From positions 138,058 to 202,057 of the forward strand of contig JBNPEB010000009.1 in the NCBI GenBank assembly GCA_051117335.1: 64,000 bases of DNA. The letters are read 5' to 3'. Shown piece by piece: positions 9,738-18,512 of the stretch (position 1 is the first letter of the stretch; each line of letters opens with the position of its first letter). The position numbers were made by a program, and so were the translations under genes. The DNA comes from Elainellaceae cyanobacterium. GTDB taxonomy: Bacteria > Cyanobacteriota > Cyanobacteriia > CAZCXK01. The notes under the pieces were generated by a model that was not told the origin of the DNA, did no database searches, and worked only from the letters and a program-made list of their open reading frames with translations.

Positions 9738-10352
9738 ATGAAAGTAAACAGACTATGGTCTGGACTGATCGTGCTGACCGTACTCGTGGGCAGTGGCTGC
9801 ACCCCTGGAGGGTCTGTATCAGTTGCTGGATCTAATCGTTCAGACCAATCCACAGCAAACGAACAGTCAGCTACAACCATTACCAGTTCTGATGGAATTA
9901 CCCAACTCACTATCCCTGCAGATTGGCACGACACATCAAACTCACTCACGGCTGAAAACTGGACTCTGTATGTGGGGACACGCGACAGTCGCGTTAGCGT
10001 CGCCGTTAAAACGATGTCCAAAGCCGAGGCTCCAGAAATTTCTGCGGATCTTCACGCCGGTGCGGCTTTGAATGCAGGTAAGGCTCCGTTTCAAGATGCA
10101 GAAGTGATTGAGCAAGACGTGCCTACTACGATCAACGGTTACTCTGCCGTAATGCACCAGGTTCGCGGCACGATGATGGACTATCCCATGGTAGCTGTCA
10201 CCTATTCCATTGAAACCCCTGAGCACTATCACAGTGCGGCAGTCATGATGTTGGCTAATGAGTTTGAGCGGCGGTGGCCTCAAGTAGAGCAGGTTTTGCA
10301 GTCGTTTGACGTGGTGGAATCCACTGAAGCCTCCGCAGAGCTATCTCCGTAG
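9738..10352 (+). CDS. Putative lipoprotein, hypothetical
   Basis: ATG 9738 with CAGGAGA RBS; signal peptide followed by lipobox-like LVGSGC (MKVNRLWSGLIVLTVLVGSGCTPGG). Confidence 0.55.
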   Translation: MKVNRLWSGLIVLTVLVGSGCTPGGSVSVAGSNRSDQSTANEQSATTITSSDGITQLTIPADWHDTSNSLTAENWTLYVGTRDSRVSVAVKTMSKAEAPEISADLHAGAALNAGKAPFQDAEVIEQDVPTTINGYSAVMHQVRGTMMDYPMVAVTYSIETPEHYHSAAVMMLANEFERRWPQVEQVLQSFDVVESTEASAELSP

Positions 10353-10392
10353 CAGTACCAGACATAACACAGCTAGACACCTAACATCCTGC

Positions 10393-10418
10393 ATCACAAG
10401 TAGCGAGCTACTTGTGAT
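10393..10418. other. Perfect 11-bp-stem palindrome atcacaagtag-cgag-ctacttgtgat (hairpin or protein-binding site) after the lipoprotein gene
   Basis: Read directly from the sequence; the T-tract expected for a plus-strand intrinsic terminator is absent. Confidence 0.3.
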
Positions 10419-10495
10419 CAGAAAAACCAGCTCACCATCATCTGTTCTTCAAGGAGGTGATGCCCTATGTGACTACCATCTGGGGTCTTTCCCCA

Positions 10496-10530
10496 ATCCA
10501 AAATCTAAAATCCAAAATCTAAAATCCAGA
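10496..10530. repeat. Heptanucleotide tandem repeat (AAAATCY)n, STRR-like short tandem repeat
   Basis: aatccaaaatctaaaatccaaaatctaaaatccag; a related aatccaaaatcgcaaatctaaaatcgag occurs at 54962-54990. Confidence 0.5.
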
Positions 10531-10570
10531 CTCCCATCACCAACCTATATTCACTAAAGGAGAAATCATC

Positions 10571-12577
10571 ATGGCACTCGAAGATCTCAGAGCAATTGAC
10601 TTTGATGACATTGTTTCCGTTACTGAAGCTGAAAACTTTGCCGAAAACATCACGAATGGTTCATTTCGTACTGCCGAAGACCTAGGCGATATCACCGATT
10701 TGACACGAGGGGTTTCTGGCACGATAGAAGCAAGGGCTGCAATCGGAAACGCTAGCGACTTTATTGATACCTACAAGTTCACCGTCGATGAGCCCACCCA
10801 ATTCAACGCGATTCTAGACACCCTCGATCCTCAGCGTCAGGAACAGGTGGTCCTGCGCCTGTTCAAAGACTTTAATGGGGATGGGGTTTTTAATTTGGAC
10901 GGCCCCACGAGATTCTCTGATTTGCTACAAGGCACAGCCTTTCGAGGTCCCGAAGATACTATTGCGTTTGATCGGCTCGATCCAGGGGAATATCTTCTAC
11001 AGGTCTCCAGCCAGGTTGTAAACGATCCGATCGACTATCAAATCAAATTCGAAGCTCCGGAACTGGATACCGCCCAGCTTAACCTTGACCTGAGAAATAT
11101 CATTGCTGAAGATGATTTGAGCAGTGGACAATCGCCCATTCGATTTGAAGCTGAAATTGCAGGACAGGTGTTTGAGCAACGATTTGAGCAGGATTTTCAA
11201 AGGACTATTTTACCTGTTCAAGTTGACCCGAACGAGCGGGCGTTTGATATCAAACTTCGAGCCTTCAGGCTAAATGCCAACGGGACTGAAAGTCGGCTTG
11301 ATTTGGATAAACGTCGGGGAGACCTGGAGTTTGATGCCACGTTTGATACGTTGGGTGAAAAGTTGTTCAAGATAGGAGCGGGGATTAACGTCAATGAAAA
11401 TCAGGGATTTGTACAGATTGCCCGTGGTGATGAACGCGGCAATGAAGTAAGAGACGGATTTCTCAGCTTGCGCGTGTCCTATGACACCACTGCCGATCTC
11501 GATAATCCAGGGAACGATACTCCTGGCAACGATGATCCAGGTAACGATGCGCCTCAAATCCCGGACCCAGACAGTGTTTTGATTATCGGGACCGATCAGG
11601 ATGATGTCCTTGATGGGAATGAGCGAGGGAACCGCATGTTTGGCCTCCAGGGTAATGACACTCTAAATGGCAACGGCGGCAACGATATCCTCCAAGGGGC
11701 AGGCAATCCTGAAATTGCCACGACTGTTGGTGAAGGAGAAATCGATCGCCTCAATGGTGGTGCAGGGCGAGATACCTTTGTCCTCCACACCAACCGGGGC
11801 ATGACCGTGCTCTACGACGAGGGCGATCGCCGCAATCCTGGCAAACAAGACTTCGCTATCATCGAAGACTTCAACAAAAATCAGGACACCATCGAGTTGG
11901 CAGGCTCCCGCGAGGAGTACTTCATTAGCCGCTCCAACGTACGAAAGATTGCTGATGGTCGCGCCATCTTCCGCGATACCGATAATGATGGTCGCCTCCG
12001 AAAAGGGCGTGATGAGCTGATTGCGGTCGTTGAAGGAGTCAACAATCTCTCTCTAAATGACCTAGAGTTTATCGACATTCCGGTCACGATCGGCACCAAT
12101 CAGGCTGAACGACTTCAGGGCACAGGTCAAGATGGCATTCTCAATGGTCGGGGTAAGCGTGACATTATCAGTGCTAAAGGGGGAAATGATATCGTCCTGG
12201 GCGGTAACGGCAATGATGTGTTGAATGGCGGCAGCGGCGATGACATCCTCGATGGTGGCAAGGGTCGTGACCAATATCGCGGACAGGGTGGCAGCGATGT
12301 CTTTGTGATTCGAGAAGGTCAGGGGCGCGATCGCATTCTCGACTTCAAAGATGGCGTGGATGTCATCGGTCTTGCCAAAGGGTTGGAGTTTGAAGACCTC
12401 AGCTTCAATCAGCAGGGCAACAACACCCTGATTCGCGTCGAAGACGAAAAGCTCGCCATTGTCAAAGGCGTTGCGGTTGATCAACTGAGCGCTGAAGACT
12501 TTGTCTCCGTTGACTACACCCGCTTTGAAGGAATGCGAGTGCCCGTCGTGTTGGGTGTTGAACCAACGGTGGTATAG
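10571..12577 (+). CDS. Large secreted calcium-binding protein with RTX-type repeats and PGND tandem repeats
   Basis: ATG 10571 with AAAGGAGA RBS; GTDQDDVLDGNERGNRMFGLQGNDTLNGNGGNDILQG and GGNGNDVLNGGSGDDILDGGKGRD beta-roll motifs; PGNDTPGNDDPGNDAP from a 15-bp DNA repeat near 11506-11553. Confidence 0.75.
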   Translation: MALEDLRAIDFDDIVSVTEAENFAENITNGSFRTAEDLGDITDLTRGVSGTIEARAAIGNASDFIDTYKFTVDEPTQFNAILDTLDPQRQEQVVLRLFKDFNGDGVFNLDGPTRFSDLLQGTAFRGPEDTIAFDRLDPGEYLLQVSSQVVNDPIDYQIKFEAPELDTAQLNLDLRNIIAEDDLSSGQSPIRFEAEIAGQVFEQRFEQDFQRTILPVQVDPNERAFDIKLRAFRLNANGTESRLDLDKRRGDLEFDATFDTLGEKLFKIGAGINVNENQGFVQIARGDERGNEVRDGFLSLRVSYDTTADLDNPGNDTPGNDDPGNDAPQIPDPDSVLIIGTDQDDVLDGNERGNRMFGLQGNDTLNGNGGNDILQGAGNPEIATTVGEGEIDRLNGGAGRDTFVLHTNRGMTVLYDEGDRRNPGKQDFAIIEDFNKNQDTIELAGSREEYFISRSNVRKIADGRAIFRDTDNDGRLRKGRDELIAVVEGVNNLSLNDLEFIDIPVTIGTNQAERLQGTGQDGILNGRGKRDIISAKGGNDIVLGGNGNDVLNGGSGDDILDGGKGRDQYRGQGGSDVFVIREGQGRDRILDFKDGVDVIGLAKGLEFEDLSFNQQGNNTLIRVEDEKLAIVKGVAVDQLSAEDFVSVDYTRFEGMRVPVVLGVEPTVV

Positions 12578-12915
12578 GAACTTGCTTTGAGTTTGTAGTA
12601 GCGAGACAAGCCTAAACTGTTGGGCTAAGTAAATCTCATAAAAACTCATTTGAGATGCTTTTGAGCGATCGCCTAACCCAACAAACTGACCTGGATGCGC
12701 TAGTAGAAATAAAATACCAGTGTCTTTGTTTGTAGTGTTGACTTTAGTCGGCACGGTTGAAACCGTTACTACAAACCTGTGGTGTCTTATTAACCCGCAA
12801 ATCCCTTAACGCCTTTAGAAGCGCCTTCGCGTTTCTTGGATCTCCTGGGGCTGTATGCTTCGCTCAACACCAACCTACAGCAGAACATTTGTCAGTCAAT
12901 CAGGATTAGGCATAA

Positions 12916-13158
12916 TCAATTACTATTTTGAATTAAGTCTGCAGCTCTTTTCCTTAGAAAACCGAAGTCTCGATCTACATCCAAGCTAGACAGTTTTCCA
13001 CCATAGGATAGGAATTTTAGCGCTCCGCCCACTTTACGAATATTTTCTAGCGCTTTGTCTTCGGTTTCACCTGCTGATATGCAACCTGGTAATTCAGGAC
13101 ACCAGACTGCCCAATCTCCAGTTTCAGGATCAGGCTCAAGTGCAATTCGCCATTTCAT
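12916..13158 (-). CDS. HicB-like (UPF0150) antitoxin candidate
   Basis: ATG at 13158 with GGAGA 11 nt upstream; MKWRIALEPDPETGDWAVWCPELPGCISAGETEDKALENIRK resembles the HicB/UPF0150 fold signature (xLEPdxxGGyxVxfPdLPGCxtxGdTxEEAlxN). Confidence 0.5.
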   Translation of the reverse strand: MKWRIALEPDPETGDWAVWCPELPGCISAGETEDKALENIRKVGGALKFLSYGGKLSSLDVDRDFGFLRKRAADLIQNSN

Positions 13159-13172
13159 ACTGCCTTCATCTC

Positions 13173-13409
13173 CTACGAAAATAACTGGTGTAATAACTCG
13201 TCTCTGGTTAGACCAAAATGAGTAGCGATGTCTTGCAAAATCGCATTGAGAGCGATCGCTCTGCAAGATGTAAGCCTAACGGTGCCCATCACCCGCTGAG
13301 ATAGCCTTCGCATAATGAACAATAACCCTCGACAGTCGGTGTGCATGGGCGTTGTTAGTTTACATCTATTTCCTATGAGTAGCGATTGCTTAGTGCTAGC
13401 TAAAAACAT
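13173..13409 (-). CDS. Small ORF in the position normally occupied by hicA; divergent or degenerate HicA-like toxin candidate
   Basis: Stops 14 nt upstream of the HicB-like start; C-terminal RAIALNAILQDIATHFGLTRDEL resembles the HicA C-terminus (LPKGTLRSILKQAGL), but the canonical GSHH N-terminal motif is not evident. Confidence 0.25.
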   Translation of the reverse strand: MFLASTKQSLLIGNRCKLTTPMHTDCRGLLFIMRRLSQRVMGTVRLTSCRAIALNAILQDIATHFGLTRDELLHQLFS

Positions 13410-13567
13410 TGAATTTTGTGTTTTTTACCTTATCCTAACCTACTAGATTAGCGATCGCCCCGATAAACTTAGACACGCTGTGTCAGTTGCTCCTCCTAAC
13501 CAATGTGGGCAAACAAGATTCCGCGCTATGGTGCGATTAGCATCAAAACATTTCCTTAGGCGACTTA

Positions 13568-13843
13568 TCACATCCTTTCTCTTCTGATTAATTTTTGATC
13601 TTCTTCAAGAAGTTTAAGCTTTTTTTCAAGAGCTTTGAGATCCTGTTTAAGGCTGATGAGCCTATTTTTATCCATGGCATAGCTTAGAGAAAGGACTGAT
13701 AAATAGCTAAGTAATGAGCCTAAATAGCTGCTAAGTAACGGACCTTGGGACTCTGCATCTTGTGAGACGAAAAAACCGACATAAAGAGACATAAGTATGA
13801 GCTGAACAAATGAAATGCATAGCAATACATTCAGAGTTTTCAT
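13568..13843 (-). CDS. Small membrane protein (2 predicted TM) with C-terminal coiled-coil, hypothetical
   Basis: ATG at 13843 (MKTLNVLLCISFVQLILMSLYVGFFV ... LKALEKKLKLLEEDQKLIRRERM); sits in AT-rich DNA. Confidence 0.4.
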   Translation of the reverse strand: MKTLNVLLCISFVQLILMSLYVGFFVSQDAESQGPLLSSYLGSLLSYLSVLSLSYAMDKNRLISLKQDLKALEKKLKLLEEDQKLIRRERM

Positions 13844-14156
13844 CTTTTGTCTTCCCACGAATATTAAGGTTGTGTGCTGCCAAAGACCTTGATGCCTTCG
13901 TCTTCGTAGTCGTATGCCCAAAAAAGCACACCGTATCGTCGGCATACCGTGCAATTGCAGGCTGTTGCTCTGTCAGGTTGGCTTGTAAACTGCCATCAAA
14001 CAGAACCGCAACAACAAGAGCCCTGAATCATTTCGATAGCACCTCCTGATGCACCTTCTACCTAGCTAACGGTGAAGTTGTGCGGCGGCAGACAAGCTTG
14101 GCTTCTCACCGACAACATCTGTTCCGTCCGCACCAACGCAGTGTTAGCTGGCTACA

Positions 14157-14504
14157 TCAGATGTAAAGAATCTGGTTTTCCATTTCATTTGCTGTAGTGC
14201 TGTCCAAAATTGTAAGCAATCTCCGTACAATTTCTGTGTAGGGCTTTCTGACCGCAACGATGATTCCAGAATGGGATTTACCTGTATTAAAGTACTCCCG
14301 CGCAAGATCTTCAAAGTCAGTACGATTGTGCGTTAGGATAGCAGCACCTTGACCGGTTGCGTACTTTAGTTGCTCAGCATCTGTCTTGCCAAGTTGTCGA
14401 GCTTGTTGTGCTGTTGTGGCATTAAAACCACGAGATTGCAAAAGACTTGCAACAAGAACATCAACATCTTCATCTAGATAAACATGAATGAAAATATCAT
14501 TCAT
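14157..14504 (-). CDS. DUF5615-type PIN-like protein (putative toxin)
   Basis: MNDIFIHVYLDEDVDVLVASLLQSRGF ... ILTHNRTDFEDLA matches the DUF5615 pattern; its start overlaps the upstream DUF433 gene stop by 4 nt. Confidence 0.7.
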   Translation of the reverse strand: MNDIFIHVYLDEDVDVLVASLLQSRGFNATTAQQARQLGKTDAEQLKYATGQGAAILTHNRTDFEDLAREYFNTGKSHSGIIVAVRKPYTEIVRRLLTILDSTTANEMENQILYI

Positions 14505-14782
14505 AAATTTCGTACTCGTGGGTCAATTAGCTCATCAGGAATGCGATTGCGCTCAATGTATTCGTTGATTTCTGCTTGATGGTCTAGATAATAGCTGAGT
14601 GCATCAAAGACTTGGGATAAACCGAGGTGTGGTAATCGCTGAGGAATTTCCTCAGGTGAAACTCCAATACGCCACATCTCCACAATTGCTCTAACAGGTG
14701 TACGAGTACCTTTGATAATCGGTTCACTACTCAATATTTCGTCATTTTTGACAATGTGGCAATGCTCTGTTGCTTGTACCAT
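14501..14782 (-). CDS. DUF433 domain protein (putative antitoxin partner of DUF5615)
   Basis: EPIIKGTRTPVRAIVEMWRIGVSPEEIPQRLPHLGLSQVFDALSYY matches the DUF433 signature; operon-coupled to the downstream DUF5615 gene. Confidence 0.7.
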   Translation of the reverse strand: MVQATEHCHIVKNDEILSSEPIIKGTRTPVRAIVEMWRIGVSPEEIPQRLPHLGLSQVFDALSYYLDHQAEINEYIERNRIPDELIDPRVRNL

Positions 14783-15859
14783 ACTGATTTCTCCAAAGGA
14801 ATAAATATCAATAAACTCGATTCCATTTTAGCTTGATAGGAAATTCCTGAGCCTGCTCAATCGGTTAGTGCAAATTGGTCAGAAACCCACCAAAACCAAG
14901 GGTTAAACTAATATTCTCAGCGTTGAATACGCCTACGGACGGGAAGACATGCATCTAAATCAACTTCGTATGCAATGCACAATTCGCGAATATTTTTACG
15001 AAGACCAACAGCCCAATTGACCCGCTCTCCGATTGAAAGTGGTTCAATGTATCGCATCCTATCCGGCTATCACAGGCTCAAATGAAATCGGATGAAATCG
15101 TACTTTCGGTCAGGACTGGCAGCGGATCGCACTAAAGGATGATGCGAGTTATCTCTCTAATCTAAGGTCTAGCGATAGATTTCAGTTCTCTTATAAGCAT
15201 GTCTGTGACATGCAAGATCACAGATATTAAGAGTCCGGTGCATAAATATAGAGCACCAACAATTGTATCCTCTGGCAGGATAACAACCATTCCAGCAACT
15301 ATAAGTACTAGTGAAATAAACCAGAAAAAAAGAGTAGACATTGTGCAAAGCTCAACGAAGAAAATGGAAAAACCGCATTTGAGAGTAGCTTGATAGCAAC
15401 ACGATCTGCATATGGTGATTGCCGGCTAACTATTATTAGGCTGAAATTTTCCGCATAAGATCCTACAGCGGGTGGATAGGCAGAGTGATTCAGCATAACA
15501 CCCCAAATTTTATGCTTATGCAGATGATTTCTGCATAATATGCCGCTCAAGCAGATATAGCCAGAATCTTTCCGCATATTTTCAGATTCGTTACGGAGGT
15601 GAGCGAGTAGACTGTTAGTGCGATCGCCAAAGACCGGTCCTAGAGGACTAGAGGACCATCGCTCCCACAATTCCATTAAATCTTTCTAATGAGCCAAAGT
15701 ACGGTTGTATTTCTTTCACGAATACACTATTCTTTGCCATTAAGCGCTCAAACAGCGCAGCGCTCCCTAGAAGTGCCGCAAACACAACTAGGAAGCTAAC
15801 CCCTGACCCTGTCTCAGGCAGAATCAGTGGCTTTAGGCATTTTAGCTCCTATCGCCATC

Positions 15860-17160
15860 CTCCTTTGCCATGTCAAGTATCAGGGTGGCGTGTTTGTTTG
15901 AGCGCTCCTTATCAAAGCAAAAAGGAGCGTACTTCATGGTTTATCCACCCAACCCGCCCGGTGGGGCGGACAGTTCGTCCCGCCCGGATGACGATCGCCA
16001 TACCCTACGCATTATTGCAGTGGGGTCACTCACCGTTGTCAACCACTATGTGATGCAGATGTTTCAGCTTGACTATGCCGAACCCGGTGACTGGTCAAAG
16101 CCGTTGCCCACGGTGAATCCGAATGAAGTGATGCGGATTCTCACCAAACGCATTCGGGGGTTGAATACGTAAAGCCCAAAAACGCTAGGGTGCGTTGCTG
16201 TCAAGTGATGCTGTTGGCGAAACATTGCTTCATACGCTGAAAGTCTTGATACTACGCTGTCAGTCGTAAAAGCAACTTGTAGTTTTGTAACATAAACAAC
16301 CGTGGAATCAGCATTTGAGGTGTGAACAAATATTTCGCCAACAGCGTCCCTGCGTCAACCCAATCTACGGCGGAGTGTGCGATCGCACTCGACCAGGAGT
16401 TGGAACGCCGGGGCCACCGTTTTTCCCGCTATGTGGATGATGTGGTCATTTTGGTCAAATCAGCCCAAGCAGGTAGGCGAGTGTTCGCGTCAGCGTTGCG
16501 AAGCAATAGGCGAGTGTGACTCGCTATCTGACCCAGGTGTTACGACTAAAAGTGAACCCGAAGAAAAGCCAGGTTCGTCGGATTGAGCGATTGGAGTACT
16601 TGGGATTTACGTTCCAGGGAATCCGCATTATTTGGTCTGAGCGAGCCTTCCAGGACTTCAAGCACCGCTTGCGGGAGTTAACGTCGCGGCGATGGCGAGT
16701 GTCAATGGACTATCGGCTGAAGCGGATAAGCCTCTATTTGCGGGGTTGGATGGGCTACTTTGGGATCTCCCAACGGTATGGGCCAATTCCCGAACTAGAT
16801 GGGTGGCTGAGGCGTCGGATAATGCTTCGCAACGCTGACGCGAACGGATGTGCTATTGGAAACAGTTGCGTAGACCAAGGACGCGCATTGGCAACCTGCT
16901 CAAGTTGGGAACACCGAGGCAACATGCCTTCTCGACGGGCTTGAGCCGGAAGGGCTATTGGCGGTTGTCGCGGACGTTGGCGACGCAGACGGGAATGACC
17001 GATGAGTGGTTAGAACAAGAGGGATTGCTCTCGATTCGCGACCTCTGGATGAAAGCCCAGAGTTACGATGAGTAGTCCACTAATTTGTCTAGCAGTTAGG
17101 TTGAGAACCGCCCATTGCGGAGCCGCACGATGGGTGGTGTGGGAGGGGGGATTCGTGAGG
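15860..17160 (+). mobile_element. Decayed, 5'-truncated group II intron remnant
   Basis: RT/maturase fragments in three different frames (see pseudogene 16322-17075); GC-rich hairpins upstream (cgctcctt...aaggagcg at ~15908-15936; ggtggggcgg...cgtcccgccc at ~15950-15985) and downstream of the ORF; no intact RT domains 0-4. Confidence 0.6.
16322..17075 (+). pseudogene. Group II intron reverse transcriptase/maturase, frameshifted fragment (RT domains 5-7 plus X/thumb)
   Basis: Frame A: RYVDDVVILV (YxDD motif); frame B: LKVNPKKSQV..YLGFTF and LRGWMGYFGISQ (maturase X motif); frame C: CYWKQLRRPRTRIGNLLKLG ... SIRDLW; at least two frameshifts. Confidence 0.7.
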
Positions 17161-17387
17161 ATTCTCCCTATCCCGATTATGTGCGTGATCGCTTGCTTCA
17201 AGGAATTCATGAGCATGGTGCGTTCCCAAAAATCTATCGGTGGGGTAGTAGGCGTTGCAGTGGGGAACGCACCCTACAAGATCGGCGATCGCACTATTGG
17301 AAAGGGATGCTCTTCAGCAATCATCCTAGCGAATGCATCACCTACTTGCAGCCTACCTCCCTGAAACACCTATTGAGCCTCAATGTT

Positions 17388-17843
17388 TTACTTCTGCTGC
17401 TGAAGCACACGCTTGACATTCCCCAGGCAGCAAGTTCCTTGAGGATTATTCACTTCGCAACCGCAACGCTTTGCGTGGACATGAGCTGTGATGCTTTCAA
17501 TGGCCGTGCTTTGCCCAGAAAAGGCCAATTCGTTCTGCAAACGCTGTCGAGTCCATCCGAAACAATAACAAACAGGAACATCATCTCCCTCATCTTTCTG
17601 GAAGACAGGCACCTTCACATCTTCAGTCGTAAACATCTCTTCTGGACTTGAAAAGTAGACTACTGAACACTCTGGGGCATCGCAAAAGCGGTAATTGCTG
17701 TTTGGGTTTAATCGCTCTAGGGCAGAGGGTTTGAGCAAACTTTTTAAGGTCATCAACTGGATAGGCTTGCCGCGAGTATGACTTTCTGGACAAGCACACA
17801 AATGCTCGTCAGAAGACGATGGTGTGAAACAACCTTGACTCAT
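17388..17843 (-). CDS. Cysteine-rich protein (about 11 Cys; CxC, CYC, CGC...NPxGxCC motifs), putative metal-binding, hypothetical
   Basis: ATG at 17843, 17 nt downstream of the merF-like stop; MSQGCFTPSSSDEHLCAC ... VPVCYCFGWTR ... AKRCGCEVNNPQGTCCLGNV. Confidence 0.5.
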   Translation of the reverse strand: MSQGCFTPSSSDEHLCACPESHTRGKPIQLMTLKSLLKPSALERLNPNSNYRFCDAPECSVVYFSSPEEMFTTEDVKVPVFQKDEGDDVPVCYCFGWTRQRLQNELAFSGQSTAIESITAHVHAKRCGCEVNNPQGTCCLGNVKRVLQQQK

Positions 17844-17860
17844 GGCAATACCCTCGAAGA

Positions 17861-18079
17861 TTATCGGTGCCGCTGACATTGCCGACGATATCGCATGTAA
17901 GACCACAGACTAAGCCCTATCAGCGCCCCTAATGCAGGTAATAAAACATAATCGAGATAGCCTATCCAGGCACTTAACCCTATGGTAGTCAAGATCACCA
18001 CTAACACGGGTGTGAAGCAGCATAGAGCCACGATGGTCGTGCCTGTGATGCTAGTCCATAGTGCGGCTTTAGGCCCCAT
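17861..18079 (-). CDS. MerF-like two-TM metal (mercuric ion) transport protein
   Basis: MGPKAALWTSITGTTIVALCCFTPVLVVILTTIGLSAWIGYLDYVLLPAL closely matches the MerF pattern (vicinal CC in TM1; LDYVLLPAL in TM2). Confidence 0.6.
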   Translation of the reverse strand: MGPKAALWTSITGTTIVALCCFTPVLVVILTTIGLSAWIGYLDYVLLPALGALIGLSLWSYMRYRRQCQRHR

Positions 18080-18488
18080 CGGAAATCTCCTTTACCACAA
18101 CACATTCATTATTAGGAGCGGCTTGGCTAAGGTTACTTTGGCATTGATCAATCAAGGGTAAAAGCTCATCCCGTAAGACTTGTAACTTTTGGATTTGGTC
18201 TTCTAGCTGTCGCACCTTGGCTGTTAAACGGCAATGCATCGCTTCACAGGTCAAGGTTTGCCCATCCTGAAGAACCAGAATTTCCTTGATTCCATCCAGA
18301 CTCAAGCCCAAGGCTTTGACGCGAGTGATAAACCGCAACCGAGCGATATCCTGCTCGCTAAATAGTCGGTAACCTGCTGTCGTTCGCCGAAGCGGCGGTA
18401 TCAGGCCAATGCGCTCATAGAAGTAAAGCGTTTGAGGATTGACGCCCAGTGTTTGAGAGGCTTCACCAATTTTTAGCAGCTTACTCAA
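18069..18488 (-). CDS. MerR-family metal-responsive transcriptional regulator
   Basis: N-terminal HTH LLKIGEASQTLGVNPQTLYFYERIGLIPP; coiled-coil dimerisation helix; Cys at positions 81, 86, 116 and 129, comparable to Tn501 MerR C79/C114/C123; TTG start at 18488 with GGAG RBS. Confidence 0.85.
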   Translation of the reverse strand: MSKLLKIGEASQTLGVNPQTLYFYERIGLIPPLRRTTAGYRLFSEQDIARLRFITRVKALGLSLDGIKEILVLQDGQTLTCEAMHCRLTAKVRQLEDQIQKLQVLRDELLPLIDQCQSNLSQAAPNNECVVVKEISDGA

Positions 18489-18512
18489 GCGATGATGTGC
18501 TCCAACAGCTTA

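Noticed and set aside
8980-12754. Long antisense ORFs within the two RTX genes (e.g. 8980-9441, 12062-12754 at 230 aa)
   Set aside because: Repetitive GGxGxD-coding DNA gives stop-poor reverse frames; the forward genes have strong RBSs and clear repeats
15308-15676. 122-aa minus-strand ORF
   Set aside because: Overlaps short repeated DNA motifs (ATGCGGAAA, TGCATAA), no RBS or recognisable domain; not reported as a gene, only as part of the island finding
15870-16172. 100-aa ORF at the 5' side of the intron remnant
   Set aside because: No RT-like motifs; contains a GC-rich hairpin; more likely non-coding intron RNA
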